Assembly: GCA_003280965.1 (NCBI GenBank)
Contig: QCDI01000009.1
Span: forward strand, 22,778-86,777
DNA length: 64,000 bases
Source: Prochlorococcus sp. AG-355-B18
GTDB lineage: Bacteria; Cyanobacteriota; Cyanobacteriia; PCC-6307; Cyanobiaceae
Reading direction: 5' to 3'
Below are positions 51,528-60,453 of the stretch, in pieces (the stretch's first letter is position 1; every line of letters starts with the position of its first letter). A program made the translations under genes and the position numbers. The notes beneath the pieces were generated by a model, which ran no database searches, was not told the origin of the DNA, and worked only from the letters and a program-made list of their open reading frames with translations.

Positions 51528-51661
51528 TAACCAATTTTATTTTTAGGATCAGTAATAAAAATTATAAGCTTAAGTACTAAATTAGCTGGCATATTAAGTG
51601 GCTTCATAAGAAGCAAACTCATGCCCTGTGTAATATTAAATCCTTCTTCTTGTGGAATCAT
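51524..51661 (-). CDS. Small hypothetical protein (45 aa)
   Basis: Hand-translated MIPQEEGFNITQGMSLLLMKPLNMPANLVLKLIIFITDPKNKIGY. Confidence 0.4.
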   Translation of the reverse strand: MIPQEEGFNITQGMSLLLMKPLNMPANLVLKLIIFITDPKNKIGY

Positions 51662-51869
51662 GGAAAGAATTTATTACGCTTATAAGTAAATATATCCAGA
51701 CTTTAGAATTAATCAATATTACTAGGATCAATTGAGACAATTAGGTTCTTATTTTTTATTAATATTTTTTCTACAATATTGACTAATTGCTCAATTTTTG
51801 GGCTTTAGACTGAAAAATATCCACATAATAATTGTAAAATTCTTACTATTTAGGAAATATAACGATAAG

Positions 51870-52040
51870 ATGAAATCATTTTTTGCAAGCAAAAGATCAA
51901 AAGCAATATTTGGTATTGGGATACTTGCTATCAGTATTGGTGCAATATCAAAGAAAGTAATTAGTTATCCAGCCGGAGGATGCATGAAAGGAACTCAAGA
52001 ATTGACTTTTAAGAAGGAAATAAATAATTACTTTATCTAA
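51870..52040 (+). CDS. Small single-TM hypothetical protein
   Basis: MKSFFASKRSKAIFGIGILAISIGAI...YPAGGCM; ATG 51870 preferred over TTG 51798. Confidence 0.6.
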   Translation: MKSFFASKRSKAIFGIGILAISIGAISKKVISYPAGGCMKGTQELTFKKEINNYFI

Positions 52041-52060
52041 ATAGTCTTATTGGTTAATCC

Positions 52061-52450
52061 CTAATTCTCATATCCAGTCAACGTAGATAGCTCTTCTAGT
52101 GTAAGTACGCCTAGAATTATTTTTCCATTTATTTCCCATGAGGGAAAACCTTTAATTTTTTTATCAATACATAATTGAGTTTGACTGTTTTTGCCATCAT
52201 TAGCACACTCAACTACATTAAGCTCCTTATAAGCTTGTTTACCAAAAAGTTCACTTTGATTCAGGCAATTGTGGCACCAATATGCTGAATATTTAATTAC
52301 TCCACTATCTTTTAGGTACTTTGCAAACTTAATAGTTTCTTTAGTACTTTCTGAAGTAACTTTTAGTTCTCTTGGTTTATATACATGAGAACTAAAGAGC
52401 GCATTTGGTGAAATAAGAATAACAAAGAATAAAATTAATAAGCGTTTCAT
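52061..52450 (-). CDS. Exported thioredoxin-like protein (resembles Trx domain of VKOR/DsbAB fusions)
   Basis: Signal-like N-terminus; YSAYWCHNC (CxxC), VEC...C pair, GFPSWEING cis-Pro loop. Confidence 0.8.
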   Translation of the reverse strand: MKRLLILFFVILISPNALFSSHVYKPRELKVTSESTKETIKFAKYLKDSGVIKYSAYWCHNCLNQSELFGKQAYKELNVVECANDGKNSQTQLCIDKKIKGFPSWEINGKIILGVLTLEELSTLTGYEN

Positions 52451-52599
52451 TTATTTACTACTTTCCCTCCGAACCTTCTGACTATTTTATCAAGCAAAAT
52501 GCGCATATCTTAATTTTTAAGTTTTTCTACTTGCTGAAGATTCTCTAGAAGATCACATATTTGATCCTGTGTGTCTTCATTTAATTCAGTTACTGCCAT
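52447..52599 (-). pseudogene. 50-codon ORF interrupted by in-frame TAA
   Basis: MAVTELNEDTQDQICDLLENLQQVEKLKN*DMRILLDKIVRRFGGKVVNK*; internal TAA 52510-52512; final TGA overlaps ATG of the thioredoxin-like gene (ATGA). Confidence 0.6.
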
Positions 52600-52650
52600 A
52601 AAGATATAGGATATAATCTTCCAATTTTAGATCGTAACTATATACGCTTA

Positions 52651-52679
52651 TTGTATTAATGTTTTTTTATTGCTATTTT
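52651..52679 (+). promoter_or_regulatory. Putative sigma70 promoter TTGTAT-N17-TATTTT (extended TG)
   Basis: Correct spacing; predicted +1 falls at the base of the downstream hairpin. The AT-rich background lowers significance. Confidence 0.35.
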
Positions 52680-52685
52680 TTTAAT

Positions 52686-52733
52686 GCGGGCTAAGGTTCA
52701 TTTCTCCACGAGGATTTAGTCCGCTTAATTTTA
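52686..52733 (+). ncRNA. Candidate short hairpin sRNA with CU-rich loop
   Basis: GCGGGCTAAG/TTTAGTCCGC 10-bp stem with G-U pairs, loop containing TTTCTCCAC, followed by TTAATTTT. Confidence 0.4.
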
Positions 52734-52850
52734 AAGTTTCAGATAATTTTAGGATCACTTTTTAGCAAATTTTTAAAAATAGTTTCATAAATATTTATTA
52801 TTGTTTGATTTCTACCTCACTTGTAAAAGTTATTTCAAACTAATTATAAT

Positions 52851-52863
52851 AAGTGTGACACCT
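52851..52863. promoter_or_regulatory. Palindromic operator-like site AAGTGT-G-ACACCT
   Basis: Abuts the RHH gene stop codon; inverted copy of the 53244-53256 site. Confidence 0.6.
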
Positions 52864-53230
52864 ATTTATTAAAAATATCGTAATTTTGGTTCATAATTTT
52901 CTTAAAATACTTAAATTCGATAAATTCATGCATCAATTTGATATCAGCTGATAATGTTTTTTTGTTCACCATACAATCATCTCTATTAACTAGAGATTTA
53001 TCATTTCTAGACACCGATTCTTGCCCAAAAGAATTATTTATAAAATTCGACATTTCACATGACTTATCTTGAAATACATCGCTTAATACTCCTCTAGATC
53101 TTAATGCTTCTTCAACCAATAAACCTGTAACTTTTGACTGACTAAATTCATTAGCCTTGCATAATTTATCAATAATTTCGTGAACTTCCTCACTAGGCAA
53201 AAAACCAATTCTTTTCCTCTGTGAGGGCAT
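52862..53230 (-). CDS. Putative ribbon-helix-helix (CopG-like) DNA-binding protein
   Basis: RKRIGFLPSEEVHEIIDKLCKANEFSQSKVTGLLVEEAL strand-helix-S.S-helix pattern. Confidence 0.72.
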   Translation of the reverse strand: MPSQRKRIGFLPSEEVHEIIDKLCKANEFSQSKVTGLLVEEALRSRGVLSDVFQDKSCEMSNFINNSFGQESVSRNDKSLVNRDDCMVNKKTLSADIKLMHEFIEFKYFKKIMNQNYDIFNK

Positions 53231-53243
53231 AATAATTAAATTT

Positions 53244-53256
53244 AAGTGTCACACTT
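53244..53256. promoter_or_regulatory. Perfect palindrome AAGTGT-C-ACACTT, putative autoregulatory operator
   Basis: Lies 14 bp upstream of the RHH start, just downstream of two minus-strand TATAAT boxes (53261-53266, 53275-53280). Confidence 0.65.
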
Positions 53257-53307
53257 GCACATTATAAGTGTTGCATTATATTTGATTTAAGTCAACTAAT
53301 TTTCATT

Positions 53308-53460
53308 ATGCATATCTTAATATTCCCTCTGGGATTTATTCTTTGGTATTTAGCTTATGAAGCAAAGCCTAATATTAATGACGAAGTAACAATTAATTGG
53401 GAAGAAAAAAACACAAATAAAAGAAATAAACTTTTAAATATAATTAACGAAAGCTTTTAA
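53308..53460 (+). CDS. Small N-terminal-TM hypothetical protein (50 aa)
   Basis: Hand-translated MHILIFPLGFILWYLAYEAKPNINDEVTINWEEKNTNKRNKLLNIINESF; divergent from the RHH gene. Confidence 0.6.
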   Translation: MHILIFPLGFILWYLAYEAKPNINDEVTINWEEKNTNKRNKLLNIINESF

Positions 53461-53462
53461 AG

Positions 53463-53636
53463 CTAACTGCCAACAAATTTTGACCATTCTTTATGCTTAT
53501 AGTCTAGATCTGAGATTAACTGTTTTTGATAAGTATATTTAAGTTGATTTTCGTTAAGAGCCTTTTTTGTAATAATCATTTCCTTTGAGAAAAAATCAGA
53601 AGTGTTAGTACTATCAATTTTTTTTGTATTATCCAT
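53463..53636 (-). CDS. Small hypothetical protein (57 aa)
   Basis: Hand-translated MDNTKKIDSTNTSDFFSKEMIITKKALNENQLKYTYQKQLISDLDYKHKEWSKFVGS. Confidence 0.55.
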   Translation of the reverse strand: MDNTKKIDSTNTSDFFSKEMIITKKALNENQLKYTYQKQLISDLDYKHKEWSKFVGS

Positions 53637-53798
53637 TTATAAATTTGCTCTATTTTTTTTATATGAGTAAACAACCATAAGTCTTGATATTTTTATATTT
53701 TTTTTATAATTGGTTAATATTATATTTTTAGTAAGTTTGTAAAAAATAGTAATCAGATAAATAAAAAAGGCTATATTAAAGAAAATATATAATCTACT

Positions 53799-53990
53799 AT
53801 GAATTTTAAGGAGCGAGGAATAACTGTTGGAGACTTACTAATAATTTTTTTAATAATCCTAACTACTACAATATTAGTCAAAAAATTTAACAAGGATAAA
53901 AAAACGACCCTAAGTCACTGTAATCAAGAGAATATATATCAAGAGAAAACCTTATTATCAAATATTAATTTAAACAATTTGTCCGTATAA
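53799..53990 (+). CDS. Small protein with prepilin-like N-terminus
   Basis: MNFKERG-ITVGDLLIIFLIIL. Confidence 0.6.
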   Translation: MNFKERGITVGDLLIIFLIILTTTILVKKFNKDKKTTLSHCNQENIYQEKTLLSNINLNNLSV

Positions 53991-54115
53991 TTAGAATTTT
54001 ATTTTTATATTTTTAATAAATAGAACTTCTAAGTTATTTACTTAACTATTAATAATTATTTTAAATTACAACTATTGAATTTAACTATTTAATAATTGAT
54101 AAACCCATTAATAAT

Positions 54116-54283
54116 TTAAGGCAAAGATTTAGGATTTTCCCATTTTAAATTATCCTTTAAGTCATTGATATCATTTGATAGTGAAACTAAATTCACCATT
54201 TGCAGAATTTGAATTTTATTTAGCCTATCTATAGCTATAAGTTTATTAAGCATTTCCAGAACATATTTATCATTGATATTCAT
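54116..54283 (-). CDS. Small hypothetical protein (55 aa)
   Basis: Hand-translated MNINDKYVLEMLNKLIAIDRLNKIQILQMVNLVSLSNDINDLKDNLKWENPKSLP. Confidence 0.55.
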   Translation of the reverse strand: MNINDKYVLEMLNKLIAIDRLNKIQILQMVNLVSLSNDINDLKDNLKWENPKSLP

Positions 54284-54466
54284 TTTTGGTAGTGAAAAGA
54301 ACTTTAATATCTTAATAGAATTAGTCTATCTTAAATTTTAAAAATTACTTCTTAAACTTATTTAAATCTATCGCTAAATAAAAATAAAATTTTAATTCTG
54401 CAAAAATAAAACTTTAGCTTTGAATTAAAAATCATAAACTCACTTTCTTGTAAATTCGTTTATCGT

Positions 54467-54482
54467 AAAAAAAAAAAAAAAA
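54467..54482 (+). repeat. Poly(A)16 tract ending in the A of an ATG
   Basis: Longest homopolymer noticed in the window. Confidence 0.85.
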
Positions 54483-54652
54483 TGGACAAAAATTCTAGAA
54501 AAGAATATTTAAATAGAGCTGAAGTAAATGAGATGATTGAATCTGCTCTAAGAAGGCACAATAGAAGATCTACAATAATTTCAAGTGTACTAGGATGGAT
54601 CCTCATAGGGGGTTATTCTTTTGGACTATTCCAAGCTGTACAAAACGTCTAA
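54482..54652 (+). CDS. Small C-terminal-TM protein (56 aa)
   Basis: Hand-translated MDKNSRKEYLNRAEVNEMIESALRRHNRRSTIISSVLGWILIGGYSFGLFQAVQNV. Confidence 0.7.
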   Translation: MDKNSRKEYLNRAEVNEMIESALRRHNRRSTIISSVLGWILIGGYSFGLFQAVQNV

Positions 54653-54715
54653 TAAAATTTAACTATTAATTAGAACAAGCTAGATGATAGATTAATACTA
54701 GATTTTGTTTTTATC

Positions 54716-54937
54716 ATGATTGAATATATTGAGGAAAATATAACTGTTATTAGAAAATATTTAAACAAAAGAAAAAAGGTAATTTCAAAATTAAATAAAA
54801 CTTCCATAATGGAAGAATTTAAAGAATGGAGCAGGGATCCAATACCGGAAACAGAATCAATATGGACATTGCCTGATTTAACAAGCAGCGAAAGGTTAAG
54901 AAATTTTTGCCGCTCAATTAAAAAGGAAATAAGATAA
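54716..54937 (+). CDS. Hypothetical protein (73 aa)
   Basis: ORF track; W..LPDL...ERL C-terminal half. Confidence 0.55.
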   Translation: MIEYIEENITVIRKYLNKRKKVISKLNKTSIMEEFKEWSRDPIPETESIWTLPDLTSSERLRNFCRSIKKEIR

Positions 54938-54940
54938 ATT

Positions 54941-55099
54941 TTAACTACCTAGTTGTATATGATTTACCTTTAAGTAATAATAACCCGCAAATCCCACAAT
55001 ATTTAATACTACAACGAAAACCCAAGCTCCTATAGGCTGATTAGAATCAAATTTTTTTATTTTAACTTTATCTTTTAGTCTTTCAATATATTTAGCCAT
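54941..55099 (-). CDS. Small single-TM hypothetical protein (52 aa)
   Basis: Hand-translated MAKYIERLKDKVKIKKFDSNQPIGAWVFVVVLNIVGFAGYYYLKVNHIQLGS. Confidence 0.6.
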   Translation of the reverse strand: MAKYIERLKDKVKIKKFDSNQPIGAWVFVVVLNIVGFAGYYYLKVNHIQLGS

Positions 55100-55403
55100 A
55101 ATTAAAAGTTTAAAAAAAAGAATAACCCTAATTATAAAGAGTTGAATTTAAAGGAATCTTAAATAAAATAAAATTTTCTTTAATTAGAATTTTTATCGTC
55201 AAGCCTGTTAATTGGATATTTAATAAACTCCTTTTTGAGATTTTTTAAAAGTTTATTATGATTCAAAATTGTAAATTTCCTTGTAAAGGAATAATGCCAT
55301 TTCATTAAATTAAAAAAAACTTGCTAATTCATTATTAATAAAATTATAATGCTTAATACGGTCATTCAGACCATAATAAATTTAAATAAGGACAAATTTT
55401 TTC

Positions 55404-55988
55404 ATGAGCTTAAGAGTTGGCCAAGAAGCACCAGACTTTAGTGCTACAGCAGTATATGATCAGGAGTTTAAGGAGATTACACTTTCAGGTCTAAGGGGGA
55501 AATGGGTTGTTTTATTCTTTTACCCACTAGATTTTACATTTGTATGTCCAACTGAAATCACTGCATTTAGTGATAGATATCAAGATTTCTCAGCACTTAA
55601 TACGGAAATACTTGGGGTATCAGTTGATAGCAAACACTGTCATTTAGCTTGGATACAAACTCCAAGAAATGAAGGTGGAATAGGTGATATTAACTACCCA
55701 TTAGTTTCTGACTTAAAAAGAGAAATTTGCCAGGCGTACAATGTTCTTAATGATGATGGAGAGGCAGATAGAGGTTTGTTTCTTATCAATCCAGAAGGCG
55801 TAGTTATGCATACGACTGTTAATAAGGCTCCTGTAGGCAGAAATGTTGATGAGACACTAAGAATCCTTCAAGGTTACCAATACGTTGCGGCAAATCCAGA
55901 TGAAGTATGTCCAGCCAACTGGACCCCAGGTGAGAAAACAATGTTAGAGGACCCCAAAGGTAGTAAGGAATATTTTTCTGCGCTATAG
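55404..55988 (+). CDS. ahpC: 2-Cys peroxiredoxin (AhpC/TSA)
   Basis: [13 protein letters not shown] and EVCPANW. Confidence 0.95.
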   Translation: MSLRVGQEAPDFSATAVYDQEFKEITLSGLRGKWVVLFFYPLDFTFVCPTEITAFSDRYQDFSALNTEILGVSVDSKHCHLAWIQTPRNEGGIGDINYPLVSDLKREICQAYNVLNDDGEADRGLFLINPEGVVMHTTVNKAPVGRNVDETLRILQGYQYVAANPDEVCPANWTPGEKTMLEDPKGSKEYFSAL

Positions 55989-56003
55989 AAGGATTAGACA
56001 ACT

Positions 56004-56756
56004 TTAAATAAGTATTGAGTAGTAAATAACTATAAAAAAATAAAAAATAAGCATATTCAAAACGGGGATAATATCTCCTTTTTGAGGTTTGCGTACTATC
56101 CAATCGCTTAAATTAGTTTTATATGATAAAAAAGACCATGTAAAAAAAGAAATTTCTATAGTGACTAAGATAAAAAGATTAATTAAATTTAAGTCATTTA
56201 ATCCAAAATATTTATAGATATGAAACTGATCATCAAGATTAATATTATTAATTTGAATATGCCAAAGATAAAGAGAAATCAATATAAAATTTACCAAGAT
56301 TATTTTTTTTAATAAAAACCTAGATTTCTTAAAAATTAATAAACTAGAAATTAGAAGTATGAAAAAACTTAACTGAATAATATCCGGTTTTGATAAATTA
56401 ATTCCTTCAAAAAATAAATTGAATATAAGATCAAAATTTATATATAAATAATCAGCTATAAAGTACGAGAGAAATATCAAATTTATTGCTACTAAGAAAA
56501 ATAATCTTTTACCTGTAATTATATTTTTACTATAAATATTATTCTTATTAAAATCATAGTATGTATAGCATCTTAAAGAGTTTAAACATACCAAAGATGG
56601 ACATATTGTACCGCTCAAATAGTAAAGAATTGAATAAAAGGAAATATCATTAATATTGAATAAATACAAATTAAACCATTGTTTTTGTACAAGTGGAAAA
56701 AGAAGTAAGAATAAAATTGTGACTAATAACTTTGTTGTTTTGTTTTTAATTATCAA
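56004..56756 (-). CDS. Multi-pass membrane hypothetical protein
   Basis: 250 aa, several hydrophobic segments, NLSDW motif. Confidence 0.7.
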   Translation of the reverse strand: MIIKNKTTKLLVTILFLLLFPLVQKQWFNLYLFNINDISFYSILYYLSGTICPSLVCLNSLRCYTYYDFNKNNIYSKNIITGKRLFFLVAINLIFLSYFIADYLYINFDLIFNLFFEGINLSKPDIIQLSFFILLISSLLIFKKSRFLLKKIILVNFILISLYLWHIQINNINLDDQFHIYKYFGLNDLNLINLFILVTIEISFFTWSFLSYKTNLSDWIVRKPQKGDIIPVLNMLIFYFFIVIYYSILI

Positions 56757-56795
56757 GAAAATATTATATTTTTTATTTAATTTAAAACAATTAAA

Positions 56796-58550
56796 TCAAA
56801 CTTTCAAGAATTTAGAAGTTGTTAATTTAAAGACTTTTTTATCTATAGTTTCTTGATGTAAAAGAATTTCAACTAATTTATCTAGTAAGACTCTATTTTT
56901 TTTTAATATTTTTATTGAATTATTTAATGAAATTTTAGAAATCTTTATGATTTCATTATCTATTCTAGAACTAGTATTTTCTGCTATTAGAGGTTTTCTT
57001 CTAAATAATCCATCTCCCAAAAACATTTCATTATTATCAGAATTCATTGAAATTGGACCAATAATTGAAAATCCATATTTCGTAACCATTTCCCTTACAA
57101 TATTTGTTGCATAAGAGATATCATTTATTGAGCATTGCGTAATTTCACTTTCACCAAAAACTATCGTTTCTGCTGCTCTTCCAGCAAGAGCAATTTCAAT
57201 TTTTGAAAATAATAATTTTTTTGAAATCAAGCCACTAGAAATTACTTCTTCGTCAGGGCATATTTTTGTATATCCTCCTAGAGATCCAGATCTAGGTAGA
57301 ATCGTTATTTTATCAACTGATTCAATACCATTTCTCACAGCAGATACAATAGCTCTGCCTACTTCGTTATAAGCTATGATTTTTTTCATATTTGGAGAGG
57401 TTATTAATGAACTTCTCAGGCCGATGGTGATTTTATCAAGTGCATTTTCTATATGAAGATCACTAATTAATTTAGATTCATCTCTTGCACAGTGAATAGC
57501 ACTCTCGTTCATCAAATTTGCAAGATCTGCTCCCGAAAATCCAACAGTTCTAGAAGCCCAATATCCTAAGTCAACTTCGCTTGAAAGTGGTTTTGAAAGT
57601 GAGTGAACTGAAAGAATTTTTTTTCTTCCAACTAAATCTGGAAGCATTACTTCTATTTTTCTATCAAATCTTCCTGGTCTTAATAATGCTGCATCCAAAA
57701 TATCTGGCCTATTTGTTGCTGCTAAAACAATAATTCCGGAATTATCAGCAAAACCATCTAATTCAGTTAAAAGCTGATTGAGAGTTTGTTCTCTTTCATC
57801 ATTTCCACCTCCGATCCCAGACCCTCTTTGCCTACCAATAGAATCAATTTCATCAATAAAAATTATACAAGGAGATTTTTCCTTAGCCTTAGAGAATAGA
57901 TCCCTCACACGGCTTGCACCTACACCAACAAAAAGTTCTACAAACTCTGATGCAGATATTGAGAGAAAAGGAACTCCTGATTCACCGGCAATTGCTTTAG
58001 CCAATAATGTTTTACCTGTTCCTGGAGGGCCAATTAAAAGTACACCTTTAGGAACTTTTGCTCCAAGATTTTCAAATTTCTTTGGTTCTTTCAAAAAAGT
58101 TATTACCTCTTTTAATTCCTCAGCGGCTTCAGGAACACCAGCAACATCATCGAATCTCGTTTCTACATCATCGATAGTCACAAATTTAGCTTGATTTTTA
58201 GTAAAACCAAAAGCTCTGGAAGCCAATTTTGATGTACTCCTCAAGATTAAGACTATAGCTAATATAAAAATTAAAAAAAGACTTATTGAAGCGAACGAAT
58301 TAGCGGCTGAAGCTTCTTTTCTACTATTGTTTATAGTGAGATCCACTTTATTTTCAGTGGCCTTTTCAAGGATTAATTGATCGTTGTAAAGGATAGGAAT
58401 TTTAAATTTATCGCCATTTTTGTACAAAACATCAATTTCTCTCTGTCTAGGATAGAAAAATATTGATTCTATCTTTCCCGTCTCTATATCCTTTAAAAGA
58501 TCCGAATAACTTGATTTAGAATTTGAATATGAGAATTTTGATCTAAACAC
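56796..58550 (-). CDS. ftsH: FtsH-family AAA+ protein with degenerate zinc-protease motif
   Basis: [37 protein letters not shown] where AYHExGH is expected. Confidence 0.92.
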   Translation of the reverse strand: MFRSKFSYSNSKSSYSDLLKDIETGKIESIFFYPRQREIDVLYKNGDKFKIPILYNDQLILEKATENKVDLTINNSRKEASAANSFASISLFLIFILAIVLILRSTSKLASRAFGFTKNQAKFVTIDDVETRFDDVAGVPEAAEELKEVITFLKEPKKFENLGAKVPKGVLLIGPPGTGKTLLAKAIAGESGVPFLSISASEFVELFVGVGASRVRDLFSKAKEKSPCIIFIDEIDSIGRQRGSGIGGGNDEREQTLNQLLTELDGFADNSGIIVLAATNRPDILDAALLRPGRFDRKIEVMLPDLVGRKKILSVHSLSKPLSSEVDLGYWASRTVGFSGADLANLMNESAIHCARDESKLISDLHIENALDKITIGLRSSLITSPNMKKIIAYNEVGRAIVSAVRNGIESVDKITILPRSGSLGGYTKICPDEEVISSGLISKKLLFSKIEIALAGRAAETIVFGESEITQCSINDISYATNIVREMVTKYGFSIIGPISMNSDNNEMFLGDGLFRRKPLIAENTSSRIDNEIIKISKISLNNSIKILKKNRVLLDKLVEILLHQETIDKKVFKLTTSKFLKV

Positions 58551-58681
58551 TAATCTTTATAAGTGATTAATAAAGCATATATGCTTATTTAAAAAATTGA
58601 CGTATATAAACAAAATATACTCAAAAGTTTTGGAGATAACCAGTTAAGGGTTATATTAATATATGGAAATAAAGAAACAGA

Positions 58682-58852
58682 ATGGCTGTACCAAAGAAGA
58701 AAAAATCAAAAAGTAAAAGGAACCAAAGGCACGCTGTCTGGAAAGGCAAAGCAGCATTAGCAGCTCAAAAAGCTATATCTCTAGGTAAATCAGTTTTAAC
58801 TGGGAAAGCTCAAGGGTTTGTCTACCCTATTGAAGAAGAAGAAGAAGAATAG
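58682..58852 (+). CDS. rpmF: 50S ribosomal protein L32
   Basis: Hand-translated [56 protein letters not shown]. Confidence 0.96.
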   Translation: MAVPKKKKSKSKRNQRHAVWKGKAALAAQKAISLGKSVLTGKAQGFVYPIEEEEEE

Positions 58853-58855
58853 ATT

Positions 58856-59182
58856 TTAAGATCCTAACTTAAATGCCTCAAGGATTATGGCATAGACTGC
58901 ACCAATTCTTAATTTATCAAATACAGTCCATATATAATAAAATTTTGAGCTAGAGGAAGGTTTAATTCTTATAATGATTTCAATGAAAACGATAATTATT
59001 GGAACCATAATTAACTCATTTTTACCTTCAGATATAAATTTTGTAAGAAAATTGGCGAACAAAAAATAACCTGTCAAAACTGAAATTAAAGCAATAGATT
59101 TTATCCTCCAACTATCACTTAGAAACCCAAAAAATAGATTATTTAACTGGTAGGTAATTCTTGAAAAATTAGTTTTTTGCAT
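58856..59182 (-). CDS. ycf20: Ycf20 / DUF565 family protein
   Basis: MQKT.., W...S..LISVL.GY, C-terminal LEAFKLGS. Confidence 0.88.
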   Translation of the reverse strand: MQKTNFSRITYQLNNLFFGFLSDSWRIKSIALISVLTGYFLFANFLTKFISEGKNELIMVPIIIVFIEIIIRIKPSSSSKFYYIWTVFDKLRIGAVYAIILEAFKLGS

Positions 59183-59933
59183 TACTAAAAGACGCTAAAT
59201 AATCACTTAGAAAGCTGTAGTCAACATATGATTTTTTTAGTTTAGGGCCTTTAATTACATTTGCCACATTATTCTCATCACCAAGACTATCTAAAATACA
59301 ATCTAATTTAATATCTTCCTCAAGAAAAATTGGGATATTTGAAGGAACAAAAATTGTAGGTAAGTTAGCTGCTAAGGAAGATTTCAATCCTGGATTTGAG
59401 TCTTCGAAAACAATTGAGTTATTTTTGTTTATACCACTTAATTGAATAGCCTTTAAATAAGGTAATGGATTTGGTTTCTTTAATTCAACGTCTTCACTTG
59501 AAATAATGAGCTCAAAAGGATTGAAGCCATTAAAAAGATATTCAACTAGTAAATCAACTTGAACTCTAGAACTTGAAGTAACAATAAATTGTCTTATTTT
59601 TTTTTTATGCAATTCATTAACTAACCTAAAAACACCAGTTTTTAAGTTGACACAATTTTTTTTTATAAGTTCTAAATAGTGAAACTGTTTCTTTTCGTGG
59701 ATTTTGATGATTAGATCATCTGATAAAGAATAATTTTTTGATTCGGCATAATAAGCAATTCTATTTTTGCCTCCATTTATTCTCAAAAGTTGGATGTATT
59801 TATTAGTATCCCAATTCCAATCAATACCAAAATCATTAAATGCATGATTAAAAGCGGGTAAATGTGCTTCTAATTCCGTGTTTGCAATAGTACCATCTAA
59901 ATCCCAATAAACCCCTTCAAGATAAGCCACCAA
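59169..59933 (-). CDS. cbbY: CbbY-like HAD hydrolase
   Basis: WDLDGTIANTE..AH..AFN, GGKNRI, KKPNP, FEDS..G. Confidence 0.85.
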   Translation of the reverse strand: MVAYLEGVYWDLDGTIANTELEAHLPAFNHAFNDFGIDWNWDTNKYIQLLRINGGKNRIAYYAESKNYSLSDDLIIKIHEKKQFHYLELIKKNCVNLKTGVFRLVNELHKKKIRQFIVTSSSRVQVDLLVEYLFNGFNPFELIISSEDVELKKPNPLPYLKAIQLSGINKNNSIVFEDSNPGLKSSLAANLPTIFVPSNIPIFLEEDIKLDCILDSLGDENNVANVIKGPKLKKSYVDYSFLSDYLASFSNAKN

Positions 59934-59945
59934 GAAGAATTTCTT

Positions 59946-60023
59946 TTATTTACGATAAAAGACTAGGGCGATTATTGCTGGTCCTGCTAACGCAACTACG
60001 GCTAAAGGAATAAGTGTTGCCAT
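59946..60023 (-). CDS. psb30: Photosystem II reaction centre protein Psb30 (Ycf12), 25 aa
   Basis: Hand-translated MATLIPLAVVALAGPAIIALVFYRK with the Ycf12 L..LAGP.II.L motif. Confidence 0.88.
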   Translation of the reverse strand: MATLIPLAVVALAGPAIIALVFYRK

Positions 60024-60105
60024 GATTAATGAATATGTTTTGTGATACTATTTTTACAAATAAACGACAGAACTGTACTGATACGTTACAAGATTGAATT
60101 AAATT

Positions 60106-60453
60106 ATGAAATCATGGACATGTATAGAAAATTGTGGAGCTTGTTGTAAATTCAACTTGGACGAAAGAATTGATCTGGCTGACAAACTTAATGATCAAGA
60201 TATAACTTTAATCAATTCAATGACGGCTAAGGACGGTTGGTGTAAAAATCTGGACAGAAAAAATAAAAAATGCTTAATTTACGAATCAAGACCTCATTTT
60301 TGTCGTGTAACTGAATTTTCAACTACTTTTAAAGAATATTTAAAATCTGGTGACAAATTTCTTATAGATTGTTGCAAACAACATATTTCATCAAATTATG
60401 GAATTAAAAGTAAAGAGATGAAAAGTTTTAAAATGGCAGTCTCCGAAAAATGA
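60106..60453 (+). CDS. YkgJ-family cysteine-cluster protein
   Basis: CIENCGACC, GWC..LD....C.IYESRP.FCR. Confidence 0.85.
   Translation: MKSWTCIENCGACCKFNLDERIDLADKLNDQDITLINSMTAKDGWCKNLDRKNKKCLIYESRPHFCRVTEFSTTFKEYLKSGDKFLIDCCKQHISSNYGIKSKEMKSFKMAVSEK

Noticed and set aside
50276..55400. Intact tycheposon, prophage or IS element
   Set aside because: No integrase, transposase or phage structural gene, and no duplicated tRNA 3' end (att) was found by eye
58832..58849. (GAA)6 microsatellite
   Set aside because: It simply encodes the poly-Glu tail of L32
60074..60090. TGTA-N9-TACA as an NtcA site upstream of psb30/ykgJ
   Set aside because: The spacer is 9 bp rather than the GTA-N8-TAC consensus
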